Shown here in pieces: positions 12,238 through 23,252 of a DNA stretch of 64,000 bases. A program made the position numbers and the translations under genes. Positions within the stretch are counted from its first letter, which is position 1. The number at the start of each line of letters is the position of its first letter. Below the pieces are notes generated by a model that was not told the origin of the DNA, ran no database searches, and saw only the letters and a list, made by a program, of their open reading frames with translations. Origin of the DNA: Nemertoderma westbladi (lineage: Eukaryota > Animalia > Xenacoelomorpha); assembly GCA_032718475.1 (NCBI GenBank), contig JAUCBJ010008798.1, positions 62,001 through 126,000 of the forward strand. Direction: 5' to 3'.

Positions 12238-15200
12238 ATAACGACGACGTTCACCAGCTTTTTGATGAGGAGAATACCATCGATCTCCTTAAGGAAAACG
12301 AGGCTTGGCAAAACCAAGTGAACTTATGTCAACTTCTTTATCCATCTGAACGAGAAGCTTATAACGACGAGCTAAATGACGTCATTGAGCGTTGTAATGC
12401 CAAGACTCGAGATGAACATGCCGTACGATTCTTTACGCAAGAGGCGGTAGAGCCCAATTCCTACGATAAAGCCTTATCGGTGGAAGAGGAAAGGGCCAAG
12501 CAGATCCAAGAGACAACTACACGTTTCCTCAAAGATCAAGGTAGGTATGAAGTCGGTCTACCTTTCCGCAAGAGAGAACCGAAGTTCATCAATAACAGAC
12601 CCTTGGCGGAAAAAAGAATCGCGCAACTCCATCGACGCCTTACGGCTAATTCTTCAGCTAAAGAAATGTATCAAACACAGCTGGAGAAATTTATTAGTAA
12701 GGGATACGCGGAGAGAGTACCGGAAGAAACACCTGTGACTGAAAGAACGTATTACTTAACTCACCATTACGTTCCTAAACCCGGTAAACCACATGAAGTG
12801 AGAGTAGTGTTTGATGGCTCCGCTCTTTACATGGGTCAATCCCTTAACTCTGAATTGTTACCCGGACCCAACTTACTTCAATCTTTGTTGGGAATTCTTT
12901 TAAGATTGAGACAATATTCGATTGCTTTCGCCTCCGATATAGAAGGCATGTTCTTACAAGTCAAGGTGTTAGATAGGGATCGAGATAGTCTACGATTTCT
13001 GTGGTGGCCCGAAGGAGACCTCAACCAGAAACCGGTGGAGTACTGGATGACCATCCAGGCCTTTGGGATAATCTCAAGCCCTTCCAACGCCTGTTCGGTA
13101 GTGCGTACCACTGCAGAGGACAACCGAGAGGCATTCTCTAAGGAAGTGATCGACAACATCAAGCGAGACATATACATGGACGATAATCTGAAGTCCCTCC
13201 CATCAGTTGAGGAAGCCATTGAGGTCGCTAAAGGAACGGTAGAGTGCTTAAAAAGAGGTGGGTTTCGATTAACGAAATTCACCAGCAACTCCCGTGAGTT
13301 TCTGGAGTCGATCCCTGCGGAAGATCGAGGGGCGAAAGATCTAGATTTGATCAAAGATGATCTGCCAGAAACCAAGACACTCGGCTTGAAATGGGACACA
13401 GAGCGAGATATCCTGTTTTTCCAGCTAAAACAGCGAGATAATCCAGTTCGAACCAAACGGATTTGCTTAAGTATACTGAGCACTTATTTCGATCCATTGG
13501 GATTTATTAGCCCAGTTATATTGATTGCTCGTAGTTTGGTACAACAAATGTGGCTTGAAAACCACTCATGGGACGATCCACTTAAGGGAGAATTATTAAA
13601 GAAGTGGATGAAATGGGAAGATTCTCTGCCGGCTATCGAGGATTTTATAATTTCCCGTTCATATTTTGGTCATGTTCTCCCTACGTATTCCTATCAACTC
13701 CATGTGTTTGGAGACGCCAGCGATATGGGAATAGGTATAGTAGCCTATCTAAGAGTGGAAACTCCGGATGGAATCAAAGTCGCCTTGGTTACTTCTAAGG
13801 CATTAATCAACAACAAGTTGAAAGTTCCTCGAGCGGAGTTAAAAGCGGCTCTATACGCTACAGCCATCGGCCGGAATGTAACAGAACAGATTGACTATCC
13901 ATTAGAGAAAACTGTCTATTGGACCGACGCTTTACTCGTGTTAGAGTATATAACCAATGAAGTCTGTCAGTTCAGCGTCTTCGTTACCAACAGAGTAGCC
14001 ATCATACTTAGTCGCACGACGATGGACCAATGGAGACATTGCCCCGGAACGATTAATCCAGCAGACATCGCTTCCCGAGGAGCGACTCCAAAGGAATTGG
14101 TAAATACTCCCGAATGGTTAGGTGGACCCGACTTTCTCTACAGAGAAGAAGAAGAATGGCCTCCCCATCTCACAACAGCAGAGATCAGACAGGCCAAGGG
14201 AGCGGAGAAAGTTAAACCCAAAACTCGAGCGAGTAAATCGAAGTTGTTTAAACCTGCGGTTGATCTATCTGTATTATTTACTTCCGGAGAGGATGCTTTG
14301 GATCAGAAACCCACCGCCACGACTAAAGAAGTCTTGGAAATCCGTGACAAGGATTGGAAATCTGGAATACCAGATATCGCGCAAGGACTCTCACCCCTCT
14401 TGCAGAGAGCGATACGTCACTACAGTTCCTGGAATCGGCTCTGTAAAGCCGTCACCTATTTAAAACGATGTTTTCATCATCGTTACTCCGGGACAAAGAC
14501 CAATAGTGATGATGCTCCATCAACATCTGCACGAGTCCATGTTGTTAAAGATCTTCCCAAATACAAGATATCCGACAGGTTTCTAAAGGAGAAGATCAGT
14601 TACCAGGAGCATGATGAAACCAACAAACAGATGCTGAGACTCCTACAATGCTATGAGGATCCCGATAAGTATTTCCTGTTGTTAAGAAATCCGCAGATGC
14701 GCTTAAGGGATCGCTTCTCTAGTACCATGATAGATGGGTTAATACGTGTTGGAGGCAGGCTTACCAACGCCCCATTATCCTTTGACACTAAGTTTCCCAT
14801 ACTCATTAGAAATCTTGACATACAAATCAAGATGATTGTAGATGTTCATAGCAAACTGTATCATGCTGGAAGAGAACGAGTTCTGAGCGAAATTCGAACT
14901 CGCTACTATTTTTATAAACCCCGTAGGGCTCTGAACCAAGTCCTTAGGAACTGCATACCCTGTAGGAAAGCATTCAGTAGGCCTTTGACACAGCGAGAGG
15001 CAGAATTACCTAGGGAAAGAGTAAGCTTCTATGAACCACCCTTTACTAATACCGGTGTGGATTTATTTGGCCCTATTGAAGTATATCGTGCCCGGACTAT
15101 AGTCAAGAGATGGTGTGTCATCTTCGTTTGTATGACTTGTAGAGCTATCCATCTCGATATGGTAAACGATCTATCCACCAACAGCTTCGTGTTGAGTTTA

Positions 15201-16058
15201 CGACGACAGATCGCTCGCTTCGGAACCAGTAACACGATGAGATCGGATAAGGGAACGAACTTCATTGGCGCCAACAACGAAATTCAAGCTTACGTAAAGG
15301 ACTGGAACAAAAGACAGGTGGACGATCAGCTAAAGATAACAGCGTCTAGCTGGACCTTCAACGCCGCCGACGCCCCTTGGTGGGGAGGAAGTTGGGAGAG
15401 ATTGATTAGGAGCGTGAAGACTGCGTTCCACTTTATTGTACCTTGTCGCGCTTATCTCACCGACGAACTATTGCGGACGTTAATGGAGGAAATCGCCGCC
15501 TATCTCAACGAAAGACCGCTTATGCCAGTCTCTTCAAGTCCTGATTCCCTGGAAGCGCTAACACCCGCGCACTTTCTACTGAAGAAACCCGTAGCCATGC
15601 TCCCACGATCGGAGATCACAGACGGAGACGAGTACTGCCGTCGAACCTGGCAACTTATGCAGTTGCTATCCCGTCGTTTCGCTGACCATTTCGAGAAACA
15701 TTACCTGCCCACTCTACAACTTCGAACTAAGTGGTTTGCGCAGCAAGAAAACGTCAGCGCTGGAGACATGGTGCTTATTGTGGACCCCGATCTCCCACGT
15801 AAGCGATGGCAAACAGGACGTATCATCGAGACTCATATCTCGAGCGATGGTTTGGTGCGATCAGTAGAACTCGTCGTCATGCGGCGTAACTTTAAGAAAC
15901 CAGGGATAGTCTTTGAGACTCAACAGCTCAACCGCCCAGTGGGTCGTTTATGTTTACTGGAAAGAGACAGAGAGCTCTCCGGAAACTATGGAAGGCAAGA
16001 AACTCTTCCCACGACCACTTCCCTAATCCAACCCACATCTAGGGACTCCCCAACTTAA
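12171..16058 (+). CDS. pol: BEL Pol: reverse transcriptase, RNase H, integrase
   Basis: RT RVVFDGS and YMDD; RNase H LHVFGDAS and YWTDA; integrase HHCC (HSKLYH...CIPC), GVDLFGP, SDKGTNF and GGSWERLI. The GTG start is probably not a real initiator. Confidence 0.95.
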   Translation: MSEWEDDTSEGDDLTEGTPYSSDNDDVHQLFDEENTIDLLKENEAWQNQVNLCQLLYPSEREAYNDELNDVIERCNAKTRDEHAVRFFTQEAVEPNSYDKALSVEEERAKQIQETTTRFLKDQGRYEVGLPFRKREPKFINNRPLAEKRIAQLHRRLTANSSAKEMYQTQLEKFISKGYAERVPEETPVTERTYYLTHHYVPKPGKPHEVRVVFDGSALYMGQSLNSELLPGPNLLQSLLGILLRLRQYSIAFASDIEGMFLQVKVLDRDRDSLRFLWWPEGDLNQKPVEYWMTIQAFGIISSPSNACSVVRTTAEDNREAFSKEVIDNIKRDIYMDDNLKSLPSVEEAIEVAKGTVECLKRGGFRLTKFTSNSREFLESIPAEDRGAKDLDLIKDDLPETKTLGLKWDTERDILFFQLKQRDNPVRTKRICLSILSTYFDPLGFISPVILIARSLVQQMWLENHSWDDPLKGELLKKWMKWEDSLPAIEDFIISRSYFGHVLPTYSYQLHVFGDASDMGIGIVAYLRVETPDGIKVALVTSKALINNKLKVPRAELKAALYATAIGRNVTEQIDYPLEKTVYWTDALLVLEYITNEVCQFSVFVTNRVAIILSRTTMDQWRHCPGTINPADIASRGATPKELVNTPEWLGGPDFLYREEEEWPPHLTTAEIRQAKGAEKVKPKTRASKSKLFKPAVDLSVLFTSGEDALDQKPTATTKEVLEIRDKDWKSGIPDIAQGLSPLLQRAIRHYSSWNRLCKAVTYLKRCFHHRYSGTKTNSDDAPSTSARVHVVKDLPKYKISDRFLKEKISYQEHDETNKQMLRLLQCYEDPDKYFLLLRNPQMRLRDRFSSTMIDGLIRVGGRLTNAPLSFDTKFPILIRNLDIQIKMIVDVHSKLYHAGRERVLSEIRTRYYFYKPRRALNQVLRNCIPCRKAFSRPLTQREAELPRERVSFYEPPFTNTGVDLFGPIEVYRARTIVKRWCVIFVCMTCRAIHLDMVNDLSTNSFVLSLRRQIARFGTSNTMRSDKGTNFIGANNEIQAYVKDWNKRQVDDQLKITASSWTFNAADAPWWGGSWERLIRSVKTAFHFIVPCRAYLTDELLRTLMEEIAAYLNERPLMPVSSSPDSLEALTPAHFLLKKPVAMLPRSEITDGDEYCRRTWQLMQLLSRRFADHFEKHYLPTLQLRTKWFAQQENVSAGDMVLIVDPDLPRKRWQTGRIIETHISSDGLVRSVELVVMRRNFKKPGIVFETQQLNRPVGRLCLLERDRELSGNYGRQETLPTTTSLIQPTSRDSPT

Positions 16059-17708
16059 TATCGTTCGGAGTGGGCGTGTGACTCTATTATTTTATATTAT
16101 TTTATTATTTTTATATTTATGTATGTATTACTATGTAATTTTATTATAATCGTTTTATTTAATTTAGTAGAATATTATTTAGCGATTATTTAGTAGAATA
16201 GTGCAATATATTCGTGTTTATTGCGTACGTAATTACTTATATTATATTTAGTGTGACGGTGAGAAACAAGTGTTTTTCTCTTTCCTTACTGTCCGTATTA
16301 TATTATAAATACGTAACTACAGTAAGATGAAATGTCCGTACTTATTAAAGTACAATAAAGCCACTACTATATTCAAGTATTATTGGTAGGCAGAGTATTA
16401 GGAATGCAAAGTTCAGATCCTCGTGTCTCGGCTAAACCAAGCTCTGGGTAGACCTTGGAAACGACTTGCCTCTTCACACTGACATTGCTTCGTGCGATAT
16501 TGCTCTCATACCGTATATTAAATAATACATATAGTAGCGTGATGTCCCTTTAACAGTAGCGTATAACGCAAAATAAATCTGTTAAACCCTTTGACCATCT
16601 GTAATTCTAGTCGATTAAGATATCGCGGCACCCACCGATATACTTGAAAGACAAATTCTAGAATCAGTGGTTAACGTCCCCAGACAAGTTCTGGAATAAA
16701 TCGGTGCCCATCTCAAATATTAATTATTTAATATTTGCAAATCCAATAAATCAAAATCTGTAAATTCAGATCCTTCAACAATTCTAGTCAATTAAGATAT
16801 CGTAACATTTACCGATATTCTTAAAAGGACAATTTTCATAGAATTAAGGATCTTGTGTCCCCAGACATGTTCTAGAATCAAAATATGTCCATTTAATTAT
16901 CAAATAATAAAATTTCAGGGAATAAATTTAAATTCATGCCTTTTAATGAATTTAATAAATTGCCATTTTTACGCAATTTATAACATTCCCAAAATTCCAT
17001 TAATTAATAGATCAAGGGAGCGGAGATTTATCTTATTATGCGTATGAGTGTGCGAAAGTCTCCCAAACATAGTCAATAGCCGATAAAATTCATAAAGTCA
17101 TGTATCAAACAGGACATTGACTATTAAAGAATTACTATTAAATAACATCCCAGATCTGTATGCATGGGAATTACCCTAATTCTACCGCTAGCTTTACATA
17201 ATGTCACCATAGCAACAACCACGCTAGAATTAGAATTGAGTTAAAAGAACAATAGAAAGCTTGTCCCATTGAATAGCATAGGGAATAAATAGCGCACTGC
17301 TAGTATCCAAGGATACATAATAATACAGTGACATTCTGGAAGGCATTGACTAACGGACAAATGGCCCGAATGTGCGTAGTTGTGACCAGTTGTGTGGTAT
17401 TTGTGAGTTTATAGGTGAATGTTACTGCTAAAGTGTGTTTACAGTAGCTAGTCGCAATCGTGAAAGTAACCTAACTCTCCAAGGAAAACCTGAAGTACAT
17501 CTAAGCCTTTGGGACGGACAGTGGAGTGACTTGTGCCGGTTATCGTTGTCGTTGTACGGCTACGTCGTTGGCGAAAGTACAGCGACAGCGGTACATCGGC
17601 GCTGAGAATCTCACACTGTCCGGGGGCAAGGGAGAAGTAGGCAGCGACGCCCGCTCGCCTAATAAATATATAAACTCATTATAATATTGGTGAACTCGTA
17701 TAGCAGAT

Positions 17709-20700
17709 ATGACTGAATTAATAGAAGATGATCTTGGTATCAGGGAGAGATATACTCTACCTTTACAAGCGTTTGTCGATAGCTTGATACGCGGCGACGC
17801 TGATCCAACTACTACGGAGGACGATGGTCGTTATATCGAACCGCCAATGTCCCAGGAGCAACTTACGCGTGAATTGGACTATAGAAAATTCACTGCTCGC
17901 TATACGCATCGTAATGGTACGTATATGGACTTCCTGACTACTGGTCATCCTATTGATTTACACGACACCGACGATGTCGACACCGAAAGGGAAATGGTTT
18001 TATTTAAATATCATACCCAGCGGAGTCGAAACGACAAATCGAGAATAGAACACGAGAACTCTATTCGAAATAAACTCGAAAGAGAAGACGTTGAAGAACC
18101 TGATAAACGTAGCGGCTTCAACGAATATCTAGAATTCCTAAGAGAGACCTATCTCAATGTTGCTAGTCAACAAAACCTCGAAACTCGATATCCTCAAGGT
18201 ATACATCCAGATCCTATGATGGAACTCAAACGGCTCTATTTTACGATGATGTATCTTACCGCCGATCGACCACTACCTGTCGTTCCAGATAGCTTCGAAC
18301 AGATGGAGGAATATTGTAAAACTGGAGAGCGATCACCCGCGTTTCCCCTTCAAGACGTGCGTCTTTGGTATTACTGTGACGAATGCCCTAGACCTAACCA
18401 GCAAATCGAAAGGCATAAACATCCGCGGAGACGTTGCGCTAAACACAGTTTTACGCGATATACTTATGGGAGTTTCGAGCGAAACCTTTTCGACGTATCA
18501 CCTACGGTCGCGCGCCTTAAACGATCATTGAATAAACCCATGATCAGAGTTCCGGAATACTCGGTCAGACCTCCTCATTCCCAAGTGATACCTCAAACTC
18601 TCGATCCTAATAGTATTACGGATCCTCCCGAGCTGTACTCACTGTTCAAAGATCTAGTGTTACCTGAACAGTTGATTGGTGGCACTCCGGTAGTGGGTTC
18701 GTTAGATATTCGCCAACCTTACCTCGCTGGACTAGGACGCGGTCATCTAATATCACCGTTTAACCCCTACAACCGTCCTGGCCTCCCTCCGATCCAACCT
18801 GTTACAGAAGTCGAAGAGAGCGTGATACGAAATGCATTGGACGCTATTCGGCAGAAAATCGGAAAAGGAACTTACGATTGCTTGGAGAAACGTAAATTGC
18901 AACAACAAGTCCAAGCGGTGAAAGAACTAGCTTTACCCCAGTTCGATAGAGAAATACAAAATCTAGAGGAGGACATCGAACGTGGACGAACCTACTCCTT
19001 ACAGGAATTCCTGGACGAGCGCTTGCAACAACAAGCGGAGGAAAATCAGCTCGAGGAGAGACATATAGAGCTGACTGAGAGGGAAGAAGCTGCTTTAGCC
19101 CAACCAGAAACTCAAATTCTCGTGACGGATCTCTATTCCAAAACGATCCTCCACCCCTCGATGGTTCCTCATTTTAAAGACAAGCTCTTTGCTACGGTAC
19201 AGCCTCAACCGGTTAATACCGATCTCAGATCTCAAGAACTCATTGCTGACGCTCCTATGATACAACGTCCACCCATCGCGGCTGCTCGTGTCGATGGTGT
19301 ACTTGTTGAGCCTCCGGACAATAGAGCGGATCTTGTCCGTCGCATGGTACACGATGTTAACATACGCGCTAGACCTTTGCCGGACTCATTTTATGGAATT
19401 AAGGATCATCCTTATTACGTCAATTTAAAGCAATATTACATGGTAAAACCGGAAGATCCTACGCATAGTCTGAGGTTTCTACCATTAATCAATCCTCTCG
19501 ACCTTGTCGAACTCGAACAACTACAAAAACATCTAGATCAGCTAGTTAAACTAAACTCATTTCGAAAACCGTATAATATTTCCAGAATAGAGAAAGAAAT
19601 ATTACCTCCGTACAATCTTGATGGATTCATTAAAACTCGATTAGTGCACTGGAATCTTGACGTGTTATTCGAGGAAGAAAGAATAAAACGATATGGAGAT
19701 GTGGAAACCTATACTACACAATGCTTAAAGTATAGAGATTTACCCAATGCTAGCGAATGCGCTACTTTGTGGCATCCAGTGGGAATGACTCTCGAAAACG
19801 CCACTAAAGAATGGAACGAGACTCTTAACGTTATCGAGATGTATGGCGTTGTTACTTATGACAACGAAGGTAGCGTTCTGGTGGGAGAACTAGGAACTAC
19901 GCGAATGATACATATACGAGGACTCGCTGGTTCTACCCACGTATTCACTCGAGCGTGTTCCGACGTGATTGATTATTCTTTTGAAACCCTTACGGAGACA
20001 CAAAAGAAACTTCGACATGGACAATTCGAGCTCGCGCAGCGTTACGTCACCGACACCGAGCGCAAACCGGCCATGGGTATCGATGGATCAATGTTACCCC
20101 AACCTGTGCTCGAAATGTTGTTTAACGAAAGAATCCTAAAAATCGGCTCAGCTGTTTATGGAGATCTCCAAAACGACTTCCGGAATATGGAAAACATTCC
20201 ATACCCTTTCGTTGATACTCAGCTGATTGCTCCTTGGGCCGAAGGCCGAGGTTTCTTTCGCACTATGTATGCCAATACACCCAGCGACATTACTAAGGTA
20301 CAACGGACATCCATCGGACATCTTGCCTTTCAAGAATATGGATGGAATTTCAAAGTTGGAAATCCTACCAATTACCAGCAAGTATATGGAGATCATTACT
20401 CTCGTTTATATTTTGATGGACCATTAACTGCGCCTGGTGCCGTATATAGCTTTATGAGTGTTCCACTTCGCCCTTCCTTAGCTATATACATGATCTTTGA
20501 AAACGCAGCACTTGCCGGTTGGCTAGCCGATGTGTGCAGTCGTACCATACGCGCTCACCCATTAATACTTGGAACTAAACTCGCCAAGTTAGACGAACAC
20601 AATAAGTTCATACGTTTCGAATGTTTCCGGCGCTTTCTGACTCCGTTCCGTAACGTCGATAGTCAGTTCAAGGACCGCGCGCTGACCAAACTCAGTCTGA

Positions 20701-21737
20701 GAGACTCAGCTGCGGAGAAACTGAGTAGCGCTGGATTTGCCGTTTTTCAAGACGTTTGTATACAGAACTTACATTCATCTGTTATACAAAGACCCCGAAT
20801 ACCTACAGGTTATTCTGTCGTGGAAATACAGACAGTGGATCCACTTACTGAGACAGACGCACCCACTTCGTCTATACATCTGGAAGATGAACCAGTATGC
20901 TTGGAATCAGAAGCGATTCAGCCTACAGCTTCCCGGAGCAGTGACAATGATTATGTCATAGAGTGGTATCAAGGTCCACAACGTCTCACAGCGTACGATT
21001 ATAGACACGCCAACTACGTTTCTCGAAAACGTTGTCGATTATGCGCATCGAGAGACCACTTCACCCCTCTAGACTCGAGCGTACCTTGTTCCTATTTCCT
21101 TGAACAACCGATGATGGAAATATATTGTGCTTATTGCCGGCTTAATAACTCTCATATTTTTGCCGTCTGCCCACAATTTATGACTCAATGTCATTACTGT
21201 CAACTTAAAGGACATGAAAGTTACAATTGTCCCTTTAATCGCGATTTAGAGAGTGTAGACGAGATGATCACCCTGCGATACATCCGAGCTTGGGAAGCGA
21301 ACGCGGATTTACATTGCGAATCCCGACATCGCTATTACCCTGGACGAGCTTACGAGGGAGTTTACGCGTTCCATCCTTATCTATTCGCGTCAATTGAACA
21401 GAAAACACGCGTACCAAGTTACGAGTTAATGAAGCGTGTTGGTGAGTGTATTTCCACCAAGTTTGTCAGAAAATACCTTAGAAACGTTAACCCTAATGAT
21501 ATAACCACATATCACCTGATCAATTTTATCCGTCAGGACCCTGAGTATGGCGACATCTTTGTGAACTCGCATCCTGAACTACAGGAAGTATCTCGGCGAC
21601 CATATGAATATCGAACCCGAGAACGCGAGCTGGAGAGAACCATTAAACCGAGAAAGTTCCTCACCACTCACGGTCCACCCACCGCTAGTGTCCAGACGAC
21701 CCGTCAAGGACCCGTAGGAGCTGCTGTCCTGTTCTAA
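17709..21737 (+). CDS. BEL ORF3, 1342 aa: putative DEDDy (RNase D/WRN/MUT-7-like) 3'-5' exonuclease with C-terminal CCHC zinc knuckles
   Basis: Intact ORF inside the LTRs. ExoI-like VVTYDNEG (~19848-19871); ExoII-like LPQPVLEMLFNERILKIGSAVYGD, then FVDTQLIA and SIGHLA...GWNFK; ExoIII-like PLRPSLAIYMIFE (~20462-20501). Knuckles CRLCASRDH, CAYCRLNNSHIFAVC and CHYCQLKGHESYNC. Confidence 0.7.
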   Translation: MTELIEDDLGIRERYTLPLQAFVDSLIRGDADPTTTEDDGRYIEPPMSQEQLTRELDYRKFTARYTHRNGTYMDFLTTGHPIDLHDTDDVDTEREMVLFKYHTQRSRNDKSRIEHENSIRNKLEREDVEEPDKRSGFNEYLEFLRETYLNVASQQNLETRYPQGIHPDPMMELKRLYFTMMYLTADRPLPVVPDSFEQMEEYCKTGERSPAFPLQDVRLWYYCDECPRPNQQIERHKHPRRRCAKHSFTRYTYGSFERNLFDVSPTVARLKRSLNKPMIRVPEYSVRPPHSQVIPQTLDPNSITDPPELYSLFKDLVLPEQLIGGTPVVGSLDIRQPYLAGLGRGHLISPFNPYNRPGLPPIQPVTEVEESVIRNALDAIRQKIGKGTYDCLEKRKLQQQVQAVKELALPQFDREIQNLEEDIERGRTYSLQEFLDERLQQQAEENQLEERHIELTEREEAALAQPETQILVTDLYSKTILHPSMVPHFKDKLFATVQPQPVNTDLRSQELIADAPMIQRPPIAAARVDGVLVEPPDNRADLVRRMVHDVNIRARPLPDSFYGIKDHPYYVNLKQYYMVKPEDPTHSLRFLPLINPLDLVELEQLQKHLDQLVKLNSFRKPYNISRIEKEILPPYNLDGFIKTRLVHWNLDVLFEEERIKRYGDVETYTTQCLKYRDLPNASECATLWHPVGMTLENATKEWNETLNVIEMYGVVTYDNEGSVLVGELGTTRMIHIRGLAGSTHVFTRACSDVIDYSFETLTETQKKLRHGQFELAQRYVTDTERKPAMGIDGSMLPQPVLEMLFNERILKIGSAVYGDLQNDFRNMENIPYPFVDTQLIAPWAEGRGFFRTMYANTPSDITKVQRTSIGHLAFQEYGWNFKVGNPTNYQQVYGDHYSRLYFDGPLTAPGAVYSFMSVPLRPSLAIYMIFENAALAGWLADVCSRTIRAHPLILGTKLAKLDEHNKFIRFECFRRFLTPFRNVDSQFKDRALTKLSLRDSAAEKLSSAGFAVFQDVCIQNLHSSVIQRPRIPTGYSVVEIQTVDPLTETDAPTSSIHLEDEPVCLESEAIQPTASRSSDNDYVIEWYQGPQRLTAYDYRHANYVSRKRCRLCASRDHFTPLDSSVPCSYFLEQPMMEIYCAYCRLNNSHIFAVCPQFMTQCHYCQLKGHESYNCPFNRDLESVDEMITLRYIRAWEANADLHCESRHRYYPGRAYEGVYAFHPYLFASIEQKTRVPSYELMKRVGECISTKFVRKYLRNVNPNDITTYHLINFIRQDPEYGDIFVNSHPELQEVSRRPYEYRTRERELERTIKPRKFLTTHGPPTASVQTTRQGPVGAAVLF

Positions 21738-22033
21738 AGGCCGTTAGACCTCGCTCCACTGAGGTTGATATTAATCAACCAGGTACTTCGACCGGCGGGT
21801 ATACCGATCGTAACCCTACACCTTCTGATGCAATTGTATTGCACCCTTCGCCTAGGAGCTACAGCCCTCCTCGTAAAGTGGCTCGCCCCAAAGAGAAAAG
21901 GACTCTTGCTAGCCTCAAGAAACTGCGTAAACGCCGTCCGCGTAAGAAAGACTAACTGTTTAGAGTATCTTTAGGTTTTAGAAACTGTGATTTTTATATT
22001 TTATAGACTGAAAATCCCATTTTCTGGGAGCGG

Positions 22034-23252
22034 TGTAAAAGCCTTTGCTGAATTGCCCCGTTATTTTTATTATTTTTACATTAAAATACTCTGTAGTTGA
22101 TTTAATAGGTGTAAGAGACCGTATTATTGCTGTATCGGTGTTTTTTGGAGGATCTAAGAGCTATTTCCTCCGTATGTGTACTGTGGAAGGCATAGTTGAT
22201 GATTCTATGGCAATTCCGTGACGCAAAAGGTGATAGCTACTCTTGAACAGTAGTTACTATGACGACGGTTAACAGCTGATATTCATACGTGTTGATTTTC
22301 TTTGTTCTACGGCGTCTCTCAGTTCAGTCAGCCAATCAGAGCATTTTTATGGCTCTTGTACAGAAATTTCCTAGAAATCACGCAATGCTTTATGTGCAGT
22401 GTTTACATTCTGTCCTGAGCCAGGAGAGAGCGGCTTGGGAATATTTTGTGCTTTTCTGTTTTAGCCTAACACTAGTAGGCTTAATTATAAGGACATATAT
22501 CCGTTATCAAACAAACAACTGCAAACTGGACTCACTCACTGACTTAATATCTCACTGGTTATCTCACTGCATTTATCTTACTTAACATTACTGCTTTGCT
22601 GTCGGTTAATCATTATATTTGTTGATGAATTATTATATTTGGAATAACGATAAATAACCCCGAAACCCAATATTCTTGATATACAGAAGGTAAGAGAGAC
22701 AGGTTACATATAACGATTGTGACTTATGTTAAAGTGGTTTGAAGTGAACCTAATGTTATTTGATAGACCCTACATGAGTCGGTCTGTGTTCTTTTTATAT
22801 GTGACTAAAATCAGTGAAGATCGGCAGATTAGTGTGCAGTATTGTGCAGCATTGTGTATGAGTGAGACTGATAACGAAGCATTTCCTAAAGAATGCGCCA
22901 TATATGTGAATTATAACTAAGCCATATCGTTGTGAGTAGTTTAAGTCATAACTCTGTTTTTATAGATAGAGCGCCACATCCTAAAGGAACTGTTAATATT
23001 CCCCGAAGGTGAATAATATTGTCAGAGATTATATAATACTGTCAGTCGAATAATACATTAGGCTTACCTAGCAATAAGATTAAGCCGTCGAACCCAATCT
23101 CCCGGGTATATCCAGCGGGTGAATGATCGCGCACAGATTGGTTTCGACTAGTGTAGTGAATCAAATACTTGTCATAGGCTAAAAGTGACTTATTATCTAG
23201 AAGACATCCTAATTTGGCGGGTTAAACTGCCAAAGGTCTGAAAGCGTGAACA
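22034..23252 (+). repeat. BEL 3' LTR (1219 bp)
   Basis: TGTAAAAGCC...GCGTGAACA. Differs from the 5' LTR by roughly a dozen point changes plus a poorly aligning block at ~22510-22620. Confidence 0.95.

Larger units (their letters stand above)
4082..23252 (+). mobile_element. BEL/Pao (Belpaoviridae-like) LTR retrotransposon with an extra third ORF
   Basis: Two ~1.2-kb TGT...ACA LTRs; Gag with the BEL-type triple Cys/His cluster; order PR-RT-RH-IN; purine-rich GGGAGCGG before the 3' LTR. No target-site duplication (GTAAG vs TCCAC). Confidence 0.95.

Noticed and set aside
17709-21737. Envelope glycoprotein
   Set aside because: It is in the env position but has no signal peptide or clear transmembrane anchor; nuclease-like and knuckle motifs fit better.
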